Shown piece after piece: positions 10,290 to 26,157 of a stretch of DNA of 64,000 bases. Position numbers and translations under genes: made by a program. Under the pieces are notes generated by a model. The model had not been told where the DNA came from and ran no database searches. It saw only the letters and a program-made list of their open reading frames with translations. Numbering within the stretch: position 1 is the stretch's first letter; every line of letters begins with the position of its first letter. Source of the stretch: the human T2T-CHM13v2.0 reference genome, Homo sapiens. The stretch is taken from NCBI RefSeq assembly GCF_009914755.1, contig NC_060947.1; one strand, given 5' to 3'.

Positions 10290-13062
10290 ATTCACTATGA
10301 TAATTTTATTTTTAATATATCTGACAAATATGTATTCTCTAACAATGCAAATGAGAAAAGAGATCAGCAACATTAGTGCAAAGCAGCATACTGTAAGTAG
10401 GAACTTTCCCCCAAAGGTGGACTTATCAGCATTTATTTAAAAATGACTATTTTAAACAATTTTGCAACAAGTAAAAATAAGTTTATTTGATTCTTATTTT
10501 CAAAATTACCAGGTTACATGGCTTTCTACCTGAGAAATTTAAACAAATTGAAAGCACATTGACATATTTTTAGTTTTTTTGCATAACTACCAACAACTCA
10601 TAAGAAAAACATGAAAATACCTTAAGACAAAGTTTAAAGCTCAGGCCCTTAATAGGACATAGAAAAAGATATGAGAAAACACTTTTGCACCACTTAGCAC
10701 AACAAACAATAGCAGTGTTAATTAAGAAGGTGGTTACAATATTTTAGTTGTATTTTACTCCTTACTAAGCCATTCAATTAAAAAGTACAGGATAAGTTAT
10801 CTTCCTCATTTAGGGCCTACCCACCAAAAAGGTTGACTCTTTATAAGACATATACAAGTCTAGGGTTATACAAAATGTAAACATAAAACCAGTATTTTTA
10901 CTTTCTTCTAAGTCCCAGGATGGTATTTAGCAAAAAAAAAAAAAAAAAAAAAAGACAAAAATGTTATATAGAAATAGCACCGGTTCTATTACACATAAAA
11001 ATTGCACATGCTGTATTCTGCAATTTATTTTTATGTCTGACTACTGAGCAGCAAACTGTTTTCATGTCTAAAAACTCTGCAAAGAAAAATCAAGTGACAG
11101 AACACAGTGAGATTTTTTTCAAAAGCATAGCTGCTTCTCATTACAAACTCATAATATTCTTTGTTTTAATGGCATGACACATGAAAAATTAAGAGGCAGG
11201 TTTTCGTCAAAGAAAAATAATACCTGGTTACTGAAAGTTGCCTGACAAAATACAAGCTGTTAGCAGTTCAAAAGGCTACTCTGGACAACAGTACTTTGAA
11301 CATTAACATTCAAGGCACTTGCCCCATAAGCAATGTTTTTCAGATTTGACAAGCCAAATCTAGTTTTGATGGAAGAGTCACTGGCTTGAAAGTGGAATTG
11401 AACACAAGGGAGCCAACAAATCATCCACTGGTTATTATCTTATTAATAATAAACATCATCTGCTATGGTACATTCATTTCTGACTTCTTGCATGTACTAA
11501 CATAGCTCTATGATTAGAAGAGATCGATGAAACAACTTGTGGCTCTTCCTTCAGATAAATAAGCTTTTGTAGCCCTTTCACATACCCGTTTGCTCAAAAG
11601 GCTGGTTATATGCACACATTGTGATATTCTGGGCAACCACAATGACTGGCATTCTACCTGGCTCTATCAGCTGGTACTTTTCTACAGAATGTCAAATTAA
11701 GAGTGTTTGAATGAATCATGTCACATCAAAGTGTTGCCCTTTACTGCTTCTGTGGATTAAAAATGACTTTTTCCTGTTGCTGACAGTCTCTAATCTCATT
11801 AATGTCTTCAATTACCAGGTCAGGCATAGTTTTGTTGGAGAAAAAAAAGGTAATCGATTGCCCCTGAGGTCCTAAATGCAAGGTAAGGCAGAATGAATCA
11901 GCGGAGCTTTCTATAAAACATGCACTGCACTAAGATGTAAGTCTTTAAGAATCCATAAAATATTTCAATTTAAAAACATTTATGAAGTCAAAAACTAGTA
12001 GGTAAAAAGATCAATTGCTTATGTTGAGAGTTTACAAATCCTACACATATACATTTTTCCCTAGCTACAAAACTATAGGCTTTTCTCTTTACTCTTTTTG
12101 AAAACTTGATGGCATCACTGAGGATTGAGAAGAGAGGCACTTGTTACTGTTTAATAAAGTTCAGTTTGGGGGATATTCAGTGACTTTACAAACTGATGTA
12201 ATCCAGCCCTGAGTGAAAGGGTTACATAACCTGAAGTGGAATAGTCACAGCATCTTTTTTCAAGTGACATCATTGGTGCCCCACAATTTTTCAATATTTC
12301 CTTTTGCAAATTCCAGTGGTTATATTACTTCAATCTTGCTGTTTTTCTAAAATGGAAAGACATGGGGTTCTTAAAAAAAAAACAACAACTCTGCTAATGG
12401 GTTTAAATACTATCCATTTAAACCTCAAAGGACAATCTGGACCACTTTTAGATTCTTCTTCCAAGACTTTGTCTTGAAAAAGACAACTCTTTGAGTATTT
12501 AAACATAGTAATAAGATTAATTTTCTCCTGGTGGGTGCTCATGCAACTCTTTAATGTCATGAAGAAGTCTATGTTCTAACTGTCGTCTCTTTTATCTACA
12601 ATTATTTCTAAATAAAAGTCAGGAAAGTTTGTTGCTGCACGTGGTGTTTCTGACCAAATCAAAGAACATGTAAAAGGATCATTATTCATTCACTGCTGTC
12701 GTCTTTGGAGATAAATGACACTAAATGATGATGTTATGACACCTAAGGAGCCATAGAGGGCCATCTCAACCCCTCTCAATGTTAATCTGCTCCTTCACTG
12801 GCGTAGAAGTAAAGTTTTAGCTGAACCATAGAAATGTCTATCCTTGGATCAAGCAGCATTTAAAAGCTTGAGCAGGGTCAAATACAAATTATTATTTCTC
12901 TTGCCAAAGTTGAAAGCATAGGTCAAAATGACTCCAGGTGTATTGACAAGCTTTGGGAAATATAAAACACACAGGTTCTGAAGTTTTTAATGCTGCTGTC
13001 TTCCTGTGTAGTTGTTAATTACATGGCTACATTTGGTTTTAAATTTTCTTCTTGTAACATGT
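10290..13062 (-). other. AKAP17BP: Probable long 3' UTR of the AKAP17B-type locus
   Basis: Repeat-free sequence downstream of the terminal ORF; clustered minus-strand AATAAA hexamers at ~10305, ~10432, ~10482; U-tract at 10932-10953. Confidence 0.45.
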
Positions 13063-14706
13063 TTATTGTGAAAAAGGATACTCCTGATCTAAGTGGTCAT
13101 CAAAACATTTAAAATTTAAAGAACCAGTGCAGTTATTTCCTGAATAGCTTCCATAGTCAATATACTCCTGACCATTATGTCTATTATAGTAATAATCAGA
13201 ATTGAACTTCAAATAGTTATAATTACATCCTCTAAATCTTGAATTCTGGTTATATTCTGACTTCCAAGGAGTCCCTCTTCTTCCGTGAAAATTACCAAAA
13301 TAGAAAGACCTAGCACTTCTTGATGACATTACGGGCACCTGAGAGGGCCCATAGTTCACTTTCTGGTCCAATGTACTATCACTAAACCTCTTTAGATAAC
13401 TGGAACTGGGTTCCTGGTAGTAGCCTTCATCAAACAAGTATCTGGGGGCTAGTTGTCCCTTCATTTGTCCATTGTTGTTTTCATGTCTAATGAAATGACT
13501 TTCACCCCTAGGCCATGAACATATCCATCTCGGTTCATACTCAGACTTCCTACCTGGTGTCCTAAACTTGTAATTAGAGTATTTTTCCTCACCATCACGC
13601 TTCCACTTTGAAAAAAAGGTCTGCTGACTCGACCTTGTATTTTGTTTGCGAGTGATCATTTTGTCAGTGTCAAGAGGTTCTTTTTCTGAGAAACTATTAA
13701 ATGTGGCCACAGATTTCTCTTTCTCCTCTTTGTTTATACTAAGGGTTTCACTGAAGCATTCAGAATCACTACTAATTTCCTCTAAGAAATCTGTCAACTG
13801 TAAACCTAAGCCTATTGACTCATGGGGTGGGGACACTTGGCTTTTCCTTGTGGATTTGGAATCTTCAATATGATAACTATGAGTCTTTTCCAACAGACAG
13901 CTGTTTCCATCAGTTGGGGACAGCTGACCACCAGCTTTATGGGCTGTCTCCTGGCAATGAGTTTCAAACCCATTAGTACATTCTTTGGCATAATCTACTT
14001 TTCCTCGTTTACGCTCAGGATCCTGAGTACAAATCTTTGATGAGTAATTATTTTCTTGAACCTGTTCTTTCCTTTCCAGGTTTTCTACTTGGCTCGAATT
14101 GATTGAGTGATGCCTACACTTTCTCAAATTAATCTGAAATCCATCTCCCTTAGCTTGGACATCCCTCTGCCACTGACATGTGCCTGCTACCTGACTTGTT
14201 TCTAGGCAGATACGAGTATATTGTGGAGGTTCATAATAATTGAAAAGATAGTCAAAAAATGCATCTGTTTCATGGATCTTAGGTTTCCTGCCTTGGCCTC
14301 TCCCAGATAATCTGGAACAGGATTCACTAGAACCGTGGTGGTCTTCATTTTCAAGAGACTGGCCTTCAATTATCGTAATCTCCAAGGAGTTATGCTTAAA
14401 AAACAAACTGTATTCATATTCCTCATCATCTAATAATATTCCAGCTCTCTGTTTTCTAGGGGAATACCTTAAATTTTCTTCCCCAAGGCAGTGGGAAGAT
14501 TTCTGTAAGTGATCCCTAGTTGTTTTCTTCATTTTTTGTTTTTGTTTATTGTCTGACTTGGCAACCTGACATTTTGACATTTCCTCTTGATTTTGAAGGT
14601 ACAGAGTGTTTAGCTGTTCTTCCAGAGTTTTCAATGTGTTCCCTGGAGAATCATTAGCTTTGGTGCCAATAATGTCGACTTCCTGTGGGTTAAACTGTAT
14701 GGATCC
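13063..14706 (-). pseudogene. AKAP17BP: AKAP17B-type pseudogene terminal coding exon (547 open codons; low-complexity S/E/K-rich, Y/N/G-rich tail)
   Basis: Acceptor atctttttctttgaag|GGA (phase 0) at the start of the 549-aa ORF; same strand as and directly downstream of AKAP17A-homologous exons; the assignment is positional because the sequence is not recognisably AKAP17A-like. Confidence 0.75.
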
Positions 14707-16356
14707 CTTCAAAGAAAAAGATTAAAAATCTCTCATGAAAAACTAAACAGATTAAAAAATTCCAAAGAAAAATTGTGCTTTCTGACATTGTTCTGAAGAG
14801 ACTTCCAATACCTGGGATAGATCCAAATTAGGAACAATATTGCACTGAGGAAATAGAAGGCAAAATTAAATGTCTTAGTCTAATATGAACTGTTTTGAGT
14901 AGGTCTATGCCCATGCTTATGTGAGAAGGCACCACACTTTACATAGCCTTCAAAGCACATGACTCTTTTTTCACTTGTTTGAAAATCAATAAGCCTGATG
15001 TTCCAGGTATTGTGCTAGGAGCTGGAGATACAAAGAGGAATAAGAAATTATCTATAGCCCTCCCAGAAAAATCCCAGTACAAGAAAAGACTGACAGGTGA
15101 ATCGTATATCTAAAAGGGTCCACTAGCTTAAAAGATAAACTGTCTTTCTTTTCATACCAGCCTCTTACTGTGGACTGCAGGTAAGGCTGTCTCCGAGTTT
15201 CCTCCCCATTCCCCTGTGCTCAGTAAGAAGCAAGGTAGCAAGTAGCAAATGTGGCCGTGATCGTGGTTCTATCTGCAATCATGTCTGCAGTGCTATCTGC
15301 TCTCCATAACTGCACAGCAGGTGAAAGGTGCTGCCCACAGGCCCCACCCTGCTGGAGGCTTTGTACTGTGCTCTCACTGACACCTGACACACATCAGAGC
15401 ACAGTGCCTACACACTACCTGGGATTAGAACCTGGGACTGCATAATGGGTATTAGTATTTACGAGGCCAAGAATCAGACACCACACACATTGAAAAAGAT
15501 AGATTCTTTAGGAGTCACCCTCAGAGGTCATTAAGGAAAATGAAAAGAGATCCAGCTAGCCTTATTATCAATAAAAATGTGACATTTTTCTGATCCTAAT
15601 TTCACTAAGTTTGATTGTCCACACTAATGAGAAAGAGGTCAAGATTGCAAATATACATAAAAGTAACTCTGTGTAATCCTAATGGCATTTACTATTCATA
15701 TTTTAAAACACTGAATATGGATTTTTAAATGAACACTTTGGTAGCTTTTCTGGCTTTTAATCCAGGACATCTGCAGAATCTGGCTATCTTTAGGAGGTCA
15801 GGAAGGGGGAGAAACACCTTCCAAAAATGAAACTCTCCAAACATAACAATTGCTCTGTGAGGTGAGAAATTTCTTATCAAATAGTTTAAGACTAGATTAT
15901 CACGAGCTTGTTACAAGGCTCAAGACTCTACCAAACCTACTGCAGATGAGTGGAAAAGTAAAGTTAATAACACCTGACACCCACCCCCCATCCGTTTCTT
16001 CCCTCTGGCATTTTTCTGTTACATCCATTAGGAACTTAGAAAAGTAGAAGCATTAGCTAAATGCTCTGGGTAATACTGTCCTGAAGTTTAGAGACACAAA
16101 GAGAGAGAGAATGAGAGAGAGAAAGAGAGAGAGAGTCAAATGGAAGGTTGGGACGCAACTCCTTTAGAGAATGTGGATATCCCTTTTGTAAATCTATCGG
16201 ATTGTTAGAGGTCAGCCTATTTAAAATAAGCCCCAGTGGATGCAATGAGTCTTCCATGGAGTGAATTTTCAATAGGCCACTGCTCAAATGCAAAGGTAAT
16301 GTCTCAGAAAGGTGAGTACCTACCAAACTTGAAGAACAATTCGGCAATAGCCTTCC

Positions 16357-16591
16357 TGAAATTTTCCTCAGGAGTACCCTTAGGAACCGAAGTGCCTCAA
16401 CTCACCTCTGAGCCACTAGGTACTTCCTCTCCTCCCACTCCTCTGAAGAGTCTGGCTCTTGAGGTGCCTCAGCTTTGGCTTTGGGCTTCTGTTTCCTGTG
16501 CCGGTGTCTGTCTCTTTCCTTCAGGGCTTGTCTCCTTACCCTGGCCTTCTTCCTCTTTACTCGGACTTTTTGCTCATCATCTTTTCTTTTT
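16357..16591 (-). pseudogene. AKAP17BP: AKAP17B-type pseudogene exon (basic/coiled-coil region) with internal TGA
   Basis: Acceptor attgtccag|A; RKRKDDEQK...[25 protein letters not shown] aligns to AKAP17A EERKLLLAQRNLQSIRLIAELLSRAK; stop at 16404-16402; 3' boundary inferred. Confidence 0.8.
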
Positions 16592-17234
16592 CTGGACAAT
16601 GATTAAGATTAAACCACTCAGAAGGTATTTATTAGGCATTTGATTTCCTCCCTCCCTCCCACTGCCAAGGAAGAACAGATCATCTCAGCTTCCAGGAATC
16701 CACCACTGTTAACCCCAGTGCCTAACATAGACAATTATAATAAAAAAACAAAACAAAACAAAACACTGTTAAGCACCAGTCAAGGGGAAAGACACATCAT
16801 TTTCTTAGTCAAATAGAAGCTGTAAAGGAGGCCTTCTGCAGAGATAGAGTATCAAATAAAGAAGGCTACAGAATTCAAAGGAGGGGCCTTTAGCCCCCAC
16901 ATTCTCAAACCACAAGCAGGGATCACAGAATCCAGCTTTCATGGAGACTATTTCATTTTTCTTGTGAATAAAACCTATGAGTTGGTTTCAAACAGACAAA
17001 GGTGAGTCAAAATACTCAGAAAATCTTCAGGGTAAGAACTGGTCCTTGGTACATATTACTTAACACAGCACACTATCAGAAAAACATACTGGCTTAGAAG
17101 AATATGGGCTTTTTTTCTGCTGTTTTCTGAAAATTAAAACTGTCTTGGTTAGGCCCTTATGGGAACGTGGGGAAAGGGAAAGAAGGGACAATTACCTAAG
17201 TCAGAACTTAGCCAAAACTCAGAGGATTATCTAA

Positions 17235-17702
<468 letters not shown>

Positions 17703-17883
17703 TGAAAGAATAAAAGAATAAACATGCATGAGGAAGGGCCAGGAAGTAAAATTAATTTTCAAAGCTCTGTAGTTTTGGCTCAACTGTACTCGACTGGCAA
17801 CCTTTGGCAATCCAATAGCCCCTTCTAGACTCAAACTCCTGAACTGGACGTCAACGATAAGCTCAAAGAAATAAATACAAAGA

Positions 17884-17990
17884 GGCCGAGTGCGGTGGCT
17901 CACACCTGTAATCCCAGTATTTTGGGAGGCCACAGTGGGCAGATCACCTGAGGTCAGGAGTTCGAGACCAGCCTGGCCAACATGGCGAAC
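17884..17990 (+). mobile_element. Alu left-arm fragment
   Basis: ggccgagtgcggtggctcacacctgtaatcccag...gagaccagcctggccaacatggcg, then ends. Confidence 0.88.
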
Positions 17991-18487
17991 GAGAAAAATA
18001 CTCCCAATCAATCCATGCCTTCTTGCATACAAGTTAGCTTGGTTATTGAACATTTTAAGAAGAAATTCCATCCCAGCACTAAATTCTTAAAAATTTTAAA
18101 TTAGTAGGCTAGGTAATTTTGATAATATTTGGTAAACTGGTAAAATTCTTAACTTGGCAGGCTAGGATTTTCACTATAAAAGTTTCTTGTCCCTTTTTAA
18201 AAAAATCATTTCTTTCCAGACATCTTAATCTAGCTAGTTCCATCATTCCTCATTATTTGTCCTCCCTGACAAACATATTTTTTTTTGAAGTCTCTTGTTT
18301 TCAACAGTTTTGCCATTTTGGTTTTGTAACAGCACAGCTGAAAGACTGTAGCTTTCAGTGGCGTTTTCCAATCTGCTCCAATTCTTGCCCCCCATCTCAA
18401 TGTTATCTACCAAGTCTGGCTGTTCATCCAAAAGGATTAATCCATAAATCAAAGAAAAAAAATCTTTGTTAAAGTTGGTCCACACAC

Positions 18488-18618
18488 CTTTCAGCTACTT
18501 CCTCTTCTCTTTTCTTTTCTTTTTTCCTTTCTTCTTCTAGTTCTTGTAATTTTAGCCTTTCCTGATTTCTCCTCCTTATAGCTCCTTCGCTGAAGTGCTT
18601 GGTCGTATCAGACGTAAC
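18488..18618 (-). pseudogene. AKAP17BP: AKAP17B-type pseudogene exon (131 nt)
   Basis: ag|GTT...GAA AG|gtgtgt; [43 protein letters not shown] aligns to AKAP17A VSFDSTKHLSDASIKKRQLERQKLQELEQQREE; phases match both neighbouring exons. Confidence 0.9.
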
Positions 18619-19300
18619 CTGCTCCAAAACAATTCAAAGTTTCATTAGAAAAGTTTGCCAGCTGGCTGGGTACGTCCCAGGTCAGAGAGATAAAACTAAG
18701 ATGGTACATGGTAATTCAAAATCAATTGAATTCAAAACGTCCTCACTGCATCCCAGTATTCATATTCCTACTGCTTCTCAGCCACCAGCCAAACAGTGCT
18801 CGTAGGCTTGAGGATTTTCTTTGGCAGAACCCTTGAATAAGTATATCAAATCATCACCTTAACTTTACACAATTTTACTTGTCAGTCGTACCTCAATAAA
18901 GCTGTTTAAAAAAAAAAAAAACCTGAGGAGCTTACTTTACATATGGTCATAGACACCATCACAGTGCCATCGTAGGCACAGGCTGAGAAATGTCAATATA
19001 TTACTTCTGGTTCGTTAAAAAGATCAAATGAGCTAATGTATTTTTTTAATCATCAGAAACAAAAATAATCAGAAGTGTGTGTGGTGCAGGGGGAGCAAAG
19101 ATGCACAAAAACTAACCTGATGAGAGAGAAGATCTATCATGATTAGTAAACAACTTTTCAAATCTTGAAATAAAGTGAAAATTAGATTGAGATACTACAG
19201 AATAGTATAAAATAGGTTAAAATTTTTGGTTAACCAAATCACAAGAAAATTATAACCAGACACTGGACAGCGGGAAGTGGTCTCTCATCTTGTGGTAATG

Positions 19301-19616
19301 TTTTATTTATTATTTATTTATTTATTTATTTTTGTTTATTTGTTTGTTTTTTGAGATAGCTTCTTGCTCTATCGCCCAGGCTGGAGTGCAGTGGCATGAT
19401 CTTGGCTCACTGCTACCTCTGCTTCCCGGCTCAAGCGATCTTCCAGCCTCAGCCTCCCAAGTAGCTGGGACCACAGGCAAGAGCCACCACACCTGGCTCA
19501 TTTTGTACTTTTTGTAGAGATGAGGTTTTGCTATGTTGTCTCAGAGCTCAAAATGATCCGTCTGCCTCGGCCTCCCAAAGTGCCAGGATTACAGGTGCAA
19601 GCTACCGCACCCAGCC
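19301..19616 (-). mobile_element. Alu with (TTTA)n tail
   Basis: Alu consensus motifs; internal deletion. Confidence 0.9.
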
Positions 19617-19739
19617 TAATTTTTTATTTTTTAAGCTGAGCAGTGGTACATGGGTGGTCATGACAGTATTTGCTATATCATTTGCCTGACTGAATAGCTC
19701 ATAATTTAAAAATATACATTTTAACTTAGCTAGCTACAT

Positions 19740-19763
19740 ATACACACATGCACATACACACAT

Positions 19764-19803
<40 letters not shown>

Positions 19804-19809
19804 ATACAC
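19740..19809. repeat. (CA)n microsatellite
   Basis: Long cacaca run. Confidence 0.95.
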
Positions 19810-19941
19810 TGGAAGCAGAAAGTCCAAATTCATGCTAAAGACTGATTTACAGAAAAAGGAGAGTTTAGTTGCATCTTTTCCACTGCTGGGTTAAAACTTC
19901 AAGAAGGAGATGACGAAAGTATGTAGACATCAATGAGATGA

Positions 19942-20352
<411 letters not shown>

Positions 20353-20676
20353 TAATAAGCATATGAGATAATTCCATAGGGGCCATGAAGAATTCTTTAA
20401 TGCCCTCAAGTAGTTGAGACAGAACCTCAGATTATAAGAACCATCACTTTAAAGTCATAGCTGGCAGCATGCCTGATAGCACAAGAATGAGTGTTCAAAT
20501 CAGGATTTTTTTCTTCCTAAACATCCATTTATTAAAAATAATAAAAGTCTTTATATATTAGTTATTGATCAGAGCCTGGTAGGGTCTAAGAAAATTTATT
20601 CTAGATGCTTCCTTCCAGCTTTTATTCAGGATCACCTGAACAGTGGAAAATAAAAGAAACTCTGGCTACTTCTTAC

Positions 20677-21439
20677 CTTAATGTTACATGCCAGAGCTTT
20701 CCCATCATTTCCTTTAAGCATCAGTTTCATTCTTCAAAGGGACTCCATGGCTTTTACAAAGTCAGTTGCCTCTTGTTACTGTATGAATGCCTCAAATGTC
20801 TGTAAGCCAAAGCTAAAACCCCCAAAGCTCCTGTCAGTCATCACTTCTCTGTAGGGGCCAAGCATAAGGATATCCACATTCTTGATCTTCCCAAAACTTT
20901 CAAAGACTACCCAAAGGATCTCTTCATATGGCTTCTCTTTGCTAGAACATTTAGGTGCAAACCATTTACAGGGCAACTCTTCAAAACATATGGAATCTGG
21001 GCTCTTCTCCTGCTCTTCAGCCCCATCACTCAACGAGGGCTCTTTTTCCTTGGGGAAGTGCTCCCATTCTCCCTGGGCATCTGTAGCCACTACTTTTAAG
21101 TGTTTTTTCAAACCATTTAGCTTGATAATCTTCCCATGTAACTTTGCCTTCAGGATCTGAACCAAACTTCGGGTTTCAGCCTCACCCTCCAATTGAATGA
21201 AGTCCTTTGTACTCTTGGAGAGCTGAACTGTGGTGAACTGGTCAGGGCAAATCAGGCTCTTCAGCTGGTCAAGAACTTCCCAGTTAGAGAAGGGCCTTAC
21301 AGGTTCTAGACTCCCTGGAAGCAATATGTTGATCAACAATTTTGCTATGGGCTTGAGGTAGAGGTGCTGAGCTGCACAGAGCTCTGTTGCCTCAGAGTTA
21401 TCATACACCACTGTGACTGTCATGTTGTCCTCAGACCAC
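20677..21439 (-). pseudogene. AKAP17BP: AKAP17B-type pseudogene first coding exon (RRM region), ATG at 21423, two in-frame stops
   Basis: [16 protein letters not shown]...LYLKPIAKL...SNWEV...SKSTKDFI...LPCKWFA...[38 protein letters not shown] is clearly AKAP17A/XE7-like; acceptor ttctctaag|G at 21439, donor AAG|gtaaga at 20677; stops at 20778-20776 and 20736-20734. Confidence 0.92.
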
Positions 21440-21584
21440 CTTAGAGAACGAAAGAGAAAATTTTGATACAGATGGAGTAATACACAGATTTGGATTGTGA
21501 AATGGTGCTGGCATTGCTGGACTTAGAACAAATTGATAAGGAAAGCTATACTACAAGCAGAATTAAAATAATATCTTCTGATTC

Positions 21585-23828
<2,244 letters not shown>

Positions 23829-23919
23829 TAATAATATCTGTTCTATAAGGGAATAATAATAATAATATGTAATATTTACTTAATAATATTTAATGTTTTT
23901 TAGAGTTTTCAAAGAGTAT

Positions 23920-24200
23920 ATACTGTGTCTCAGTTTCCTTAACCATAAAATAGAGATAATAAGATTTGGGGGAGAATTAAATGAGTGTGTACAGGTGAAA
24001 TCCTTAGAATGTGCCTGGCACACAGGAAGTTCTCAATAAACATAAGTTATAATATTATCTATTAGTGGTAGTAGTCTTACTTTATCTCATTTGATTTATG
24101 AAGCAACCCGTGAGTAGGTATTTGCCTGCCTGTTTTACAGATGGGGAAATTCAGACAGTTTCAGGAAAATTAAATGACTTGCCCATACATTGAGAAGCCA
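23920..24200. mobile_element. MIR fragments (both orientations)
   Basis: tctcagtttcct...taaaatagagataata...tgcctggcacac; ttttacagatggggaaa...aaatgacttgccc. Confidence 0.65.
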
Positions 24201-25987
24201 AGATTTTCTAAATCTCTAATCTATTGTACAATTGATCTTAAATGTAAAGTTCCATTAAAAATCTGCTGGGGATGGTACACAAACAGGGCAAGGGTGGCAC
24301 ATTAATGAACATGCACCGAACATACATAGAACTTATAGTTCTAACCCATGCACCTGACTTAGCATCCCTTGTCCACGTTGGTTTCCAAGTCTAAAATGGA
24401 CATATCTACTCTTGTTCCTCCAGTCTGTTGACTTTAACTAAATTGATCTCTAAGTTAAAGTTAAGAAGAGACAGCCTTTTCTAATGAGTGACAAAGTGAA
24501 TTTGCCCTCTACTTGGGGACTGGAAAAACCCCAAAACATGAGTGCTTCCTGTTTACTTCATATTAACAAACTCTTTGAAGCAGTACTAAGGTGAACAAGA
24601 TCACTAATGCTGGGAATTAGAGATTTAAGCTTCTATTTGCTTACTTTAAATAGCACTTCCTAATAAAGGAGTTTTTTTCTGAGCAGATATATTCAGACTC
24701 TATGTCACCAGAATTTCTCATTAACGTCAACTTTAGGGAAATTTAGAGCCAAACATATATGGCCAGATGACAGAAATTCTAACACAAAATTTACTGCGAA
24801 ATCTTGGCTAACTTTATAGGTACAGAATTATTTAATAACTACCCTTAAAGGACAATCCAAGTTAACTTCCTTTAGAAGGCAAGGTTTGTAGAGACTGATT
24901 TTATAAAAGGTCATCAAAAGCAGTATCTAAGATACTATGTTCTAGAAACCCTTATGACAGCAACACTGAAATGGGATGATATGAGAAGAAACATGTTTTC
25001 TTTCTCCAAAAGCATTATCTATGTAGCAAAATGGAAAAAATCCAGTTAGTTTGCTGCAATTTGCAATAAGAGTCAACACTAAGCCCCCTCTAGGAGAAAA
25101 ATTAATGTGATATTCAATTAAGATATACTGAACTCTAAAATTTATTTATAACCATTAGGTATTTATTTATACAACCTAATATAAAGCAATAGTTTTTTTA
25201 AAAAAATTCCAGAAAATATTCACCCAAAACAGAATTACTCTCTTCAAAGTAATCAGGTTTGTCAAGCTCTCCACTTGCTCCAGCAATACTGCCTTTGTTT
25301 AAAACACTGTAGAATGCTTCTCTTGGATTGATTTCAAAGCCTGGGTTACATTATTTTAAGTAGCTTCATGGAGGCCAATTTCTAAATTCCTTTATCATGG
25401 ATTTGATATTTAGAAATTATCACAAATTATGTATAATCAAGAATGTTGGATAAAATGGATGACTATAAGAACAAACTGATTTTCCCAAGAAGACCCAATT
25501 GTTTTTGAAAAAAAAAAAAAACAAAAAACTGACCTCCTTTAAAATCCTCACAACTTAAATTCCTGTTTCCCAAGGACAAAAATGACAAGAAACTGAGGCA
25601 TTTGTTCTTCTCATATCTTTCATAGTGGTTCACAGGCTTTAGATCTTAAAATTGAATGTCAATAAATATTTCATCTTAAATTACTCTCCCAAAATAGAGG
25701 GCTAATTCTCTAATCTTACTTTTAAAAAATATTGAGGACCTAGTATGACCAAGAAGTAAGCTTTTTATATACGGCATGGCTTCATTGCTATAGAAGTGTC
25801 ATTGGCAACTTCTTCTAAGTCATTAAAAATTAACTAGCATAGTGACTGGTACATAGGTGCACAACAACCAACTCCCATTGTGATGCTTCTTCCTTAAGGA
25901 GACCTCAAGTCAAAAGCTAATAAAATATATAGGAGAAGAAGGAGGAGGAAGAGGAGGAGGAGAAGGAAGGGAACAGAGGGAGGGAGT

Positions 25988-26157
25988 AATTTTATTTTTG
26001 GATATTTAGTGAGTACAAGTGCAGATTTCTTACATGCATATATTGTGCAGTGGTGAAATCTGGGCTTTTAGTGCACCCATCACCTGAATAGTGCACATTG
26101 TACCCAAAGGGTAATTTTTCAATCCTCACCTCCCTCCCACCCTTCCACCTTTTGGAG
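25988..26157 (-). mobile_element. Short L1PB-like 3' end, copy 1
   Basis: gtacaagtgcagatttcttacatgcat...ggcttttagtgcacccatcacctgaatag. Confidence 0.8.

Noticed and set aside
20776-21423. 215-aa ORF as a standalone functional gene
   Set aside because: Homology continues past the TAA and a second TGA to a canonical donor, so the stop is premature and the transcript would be an NMD target
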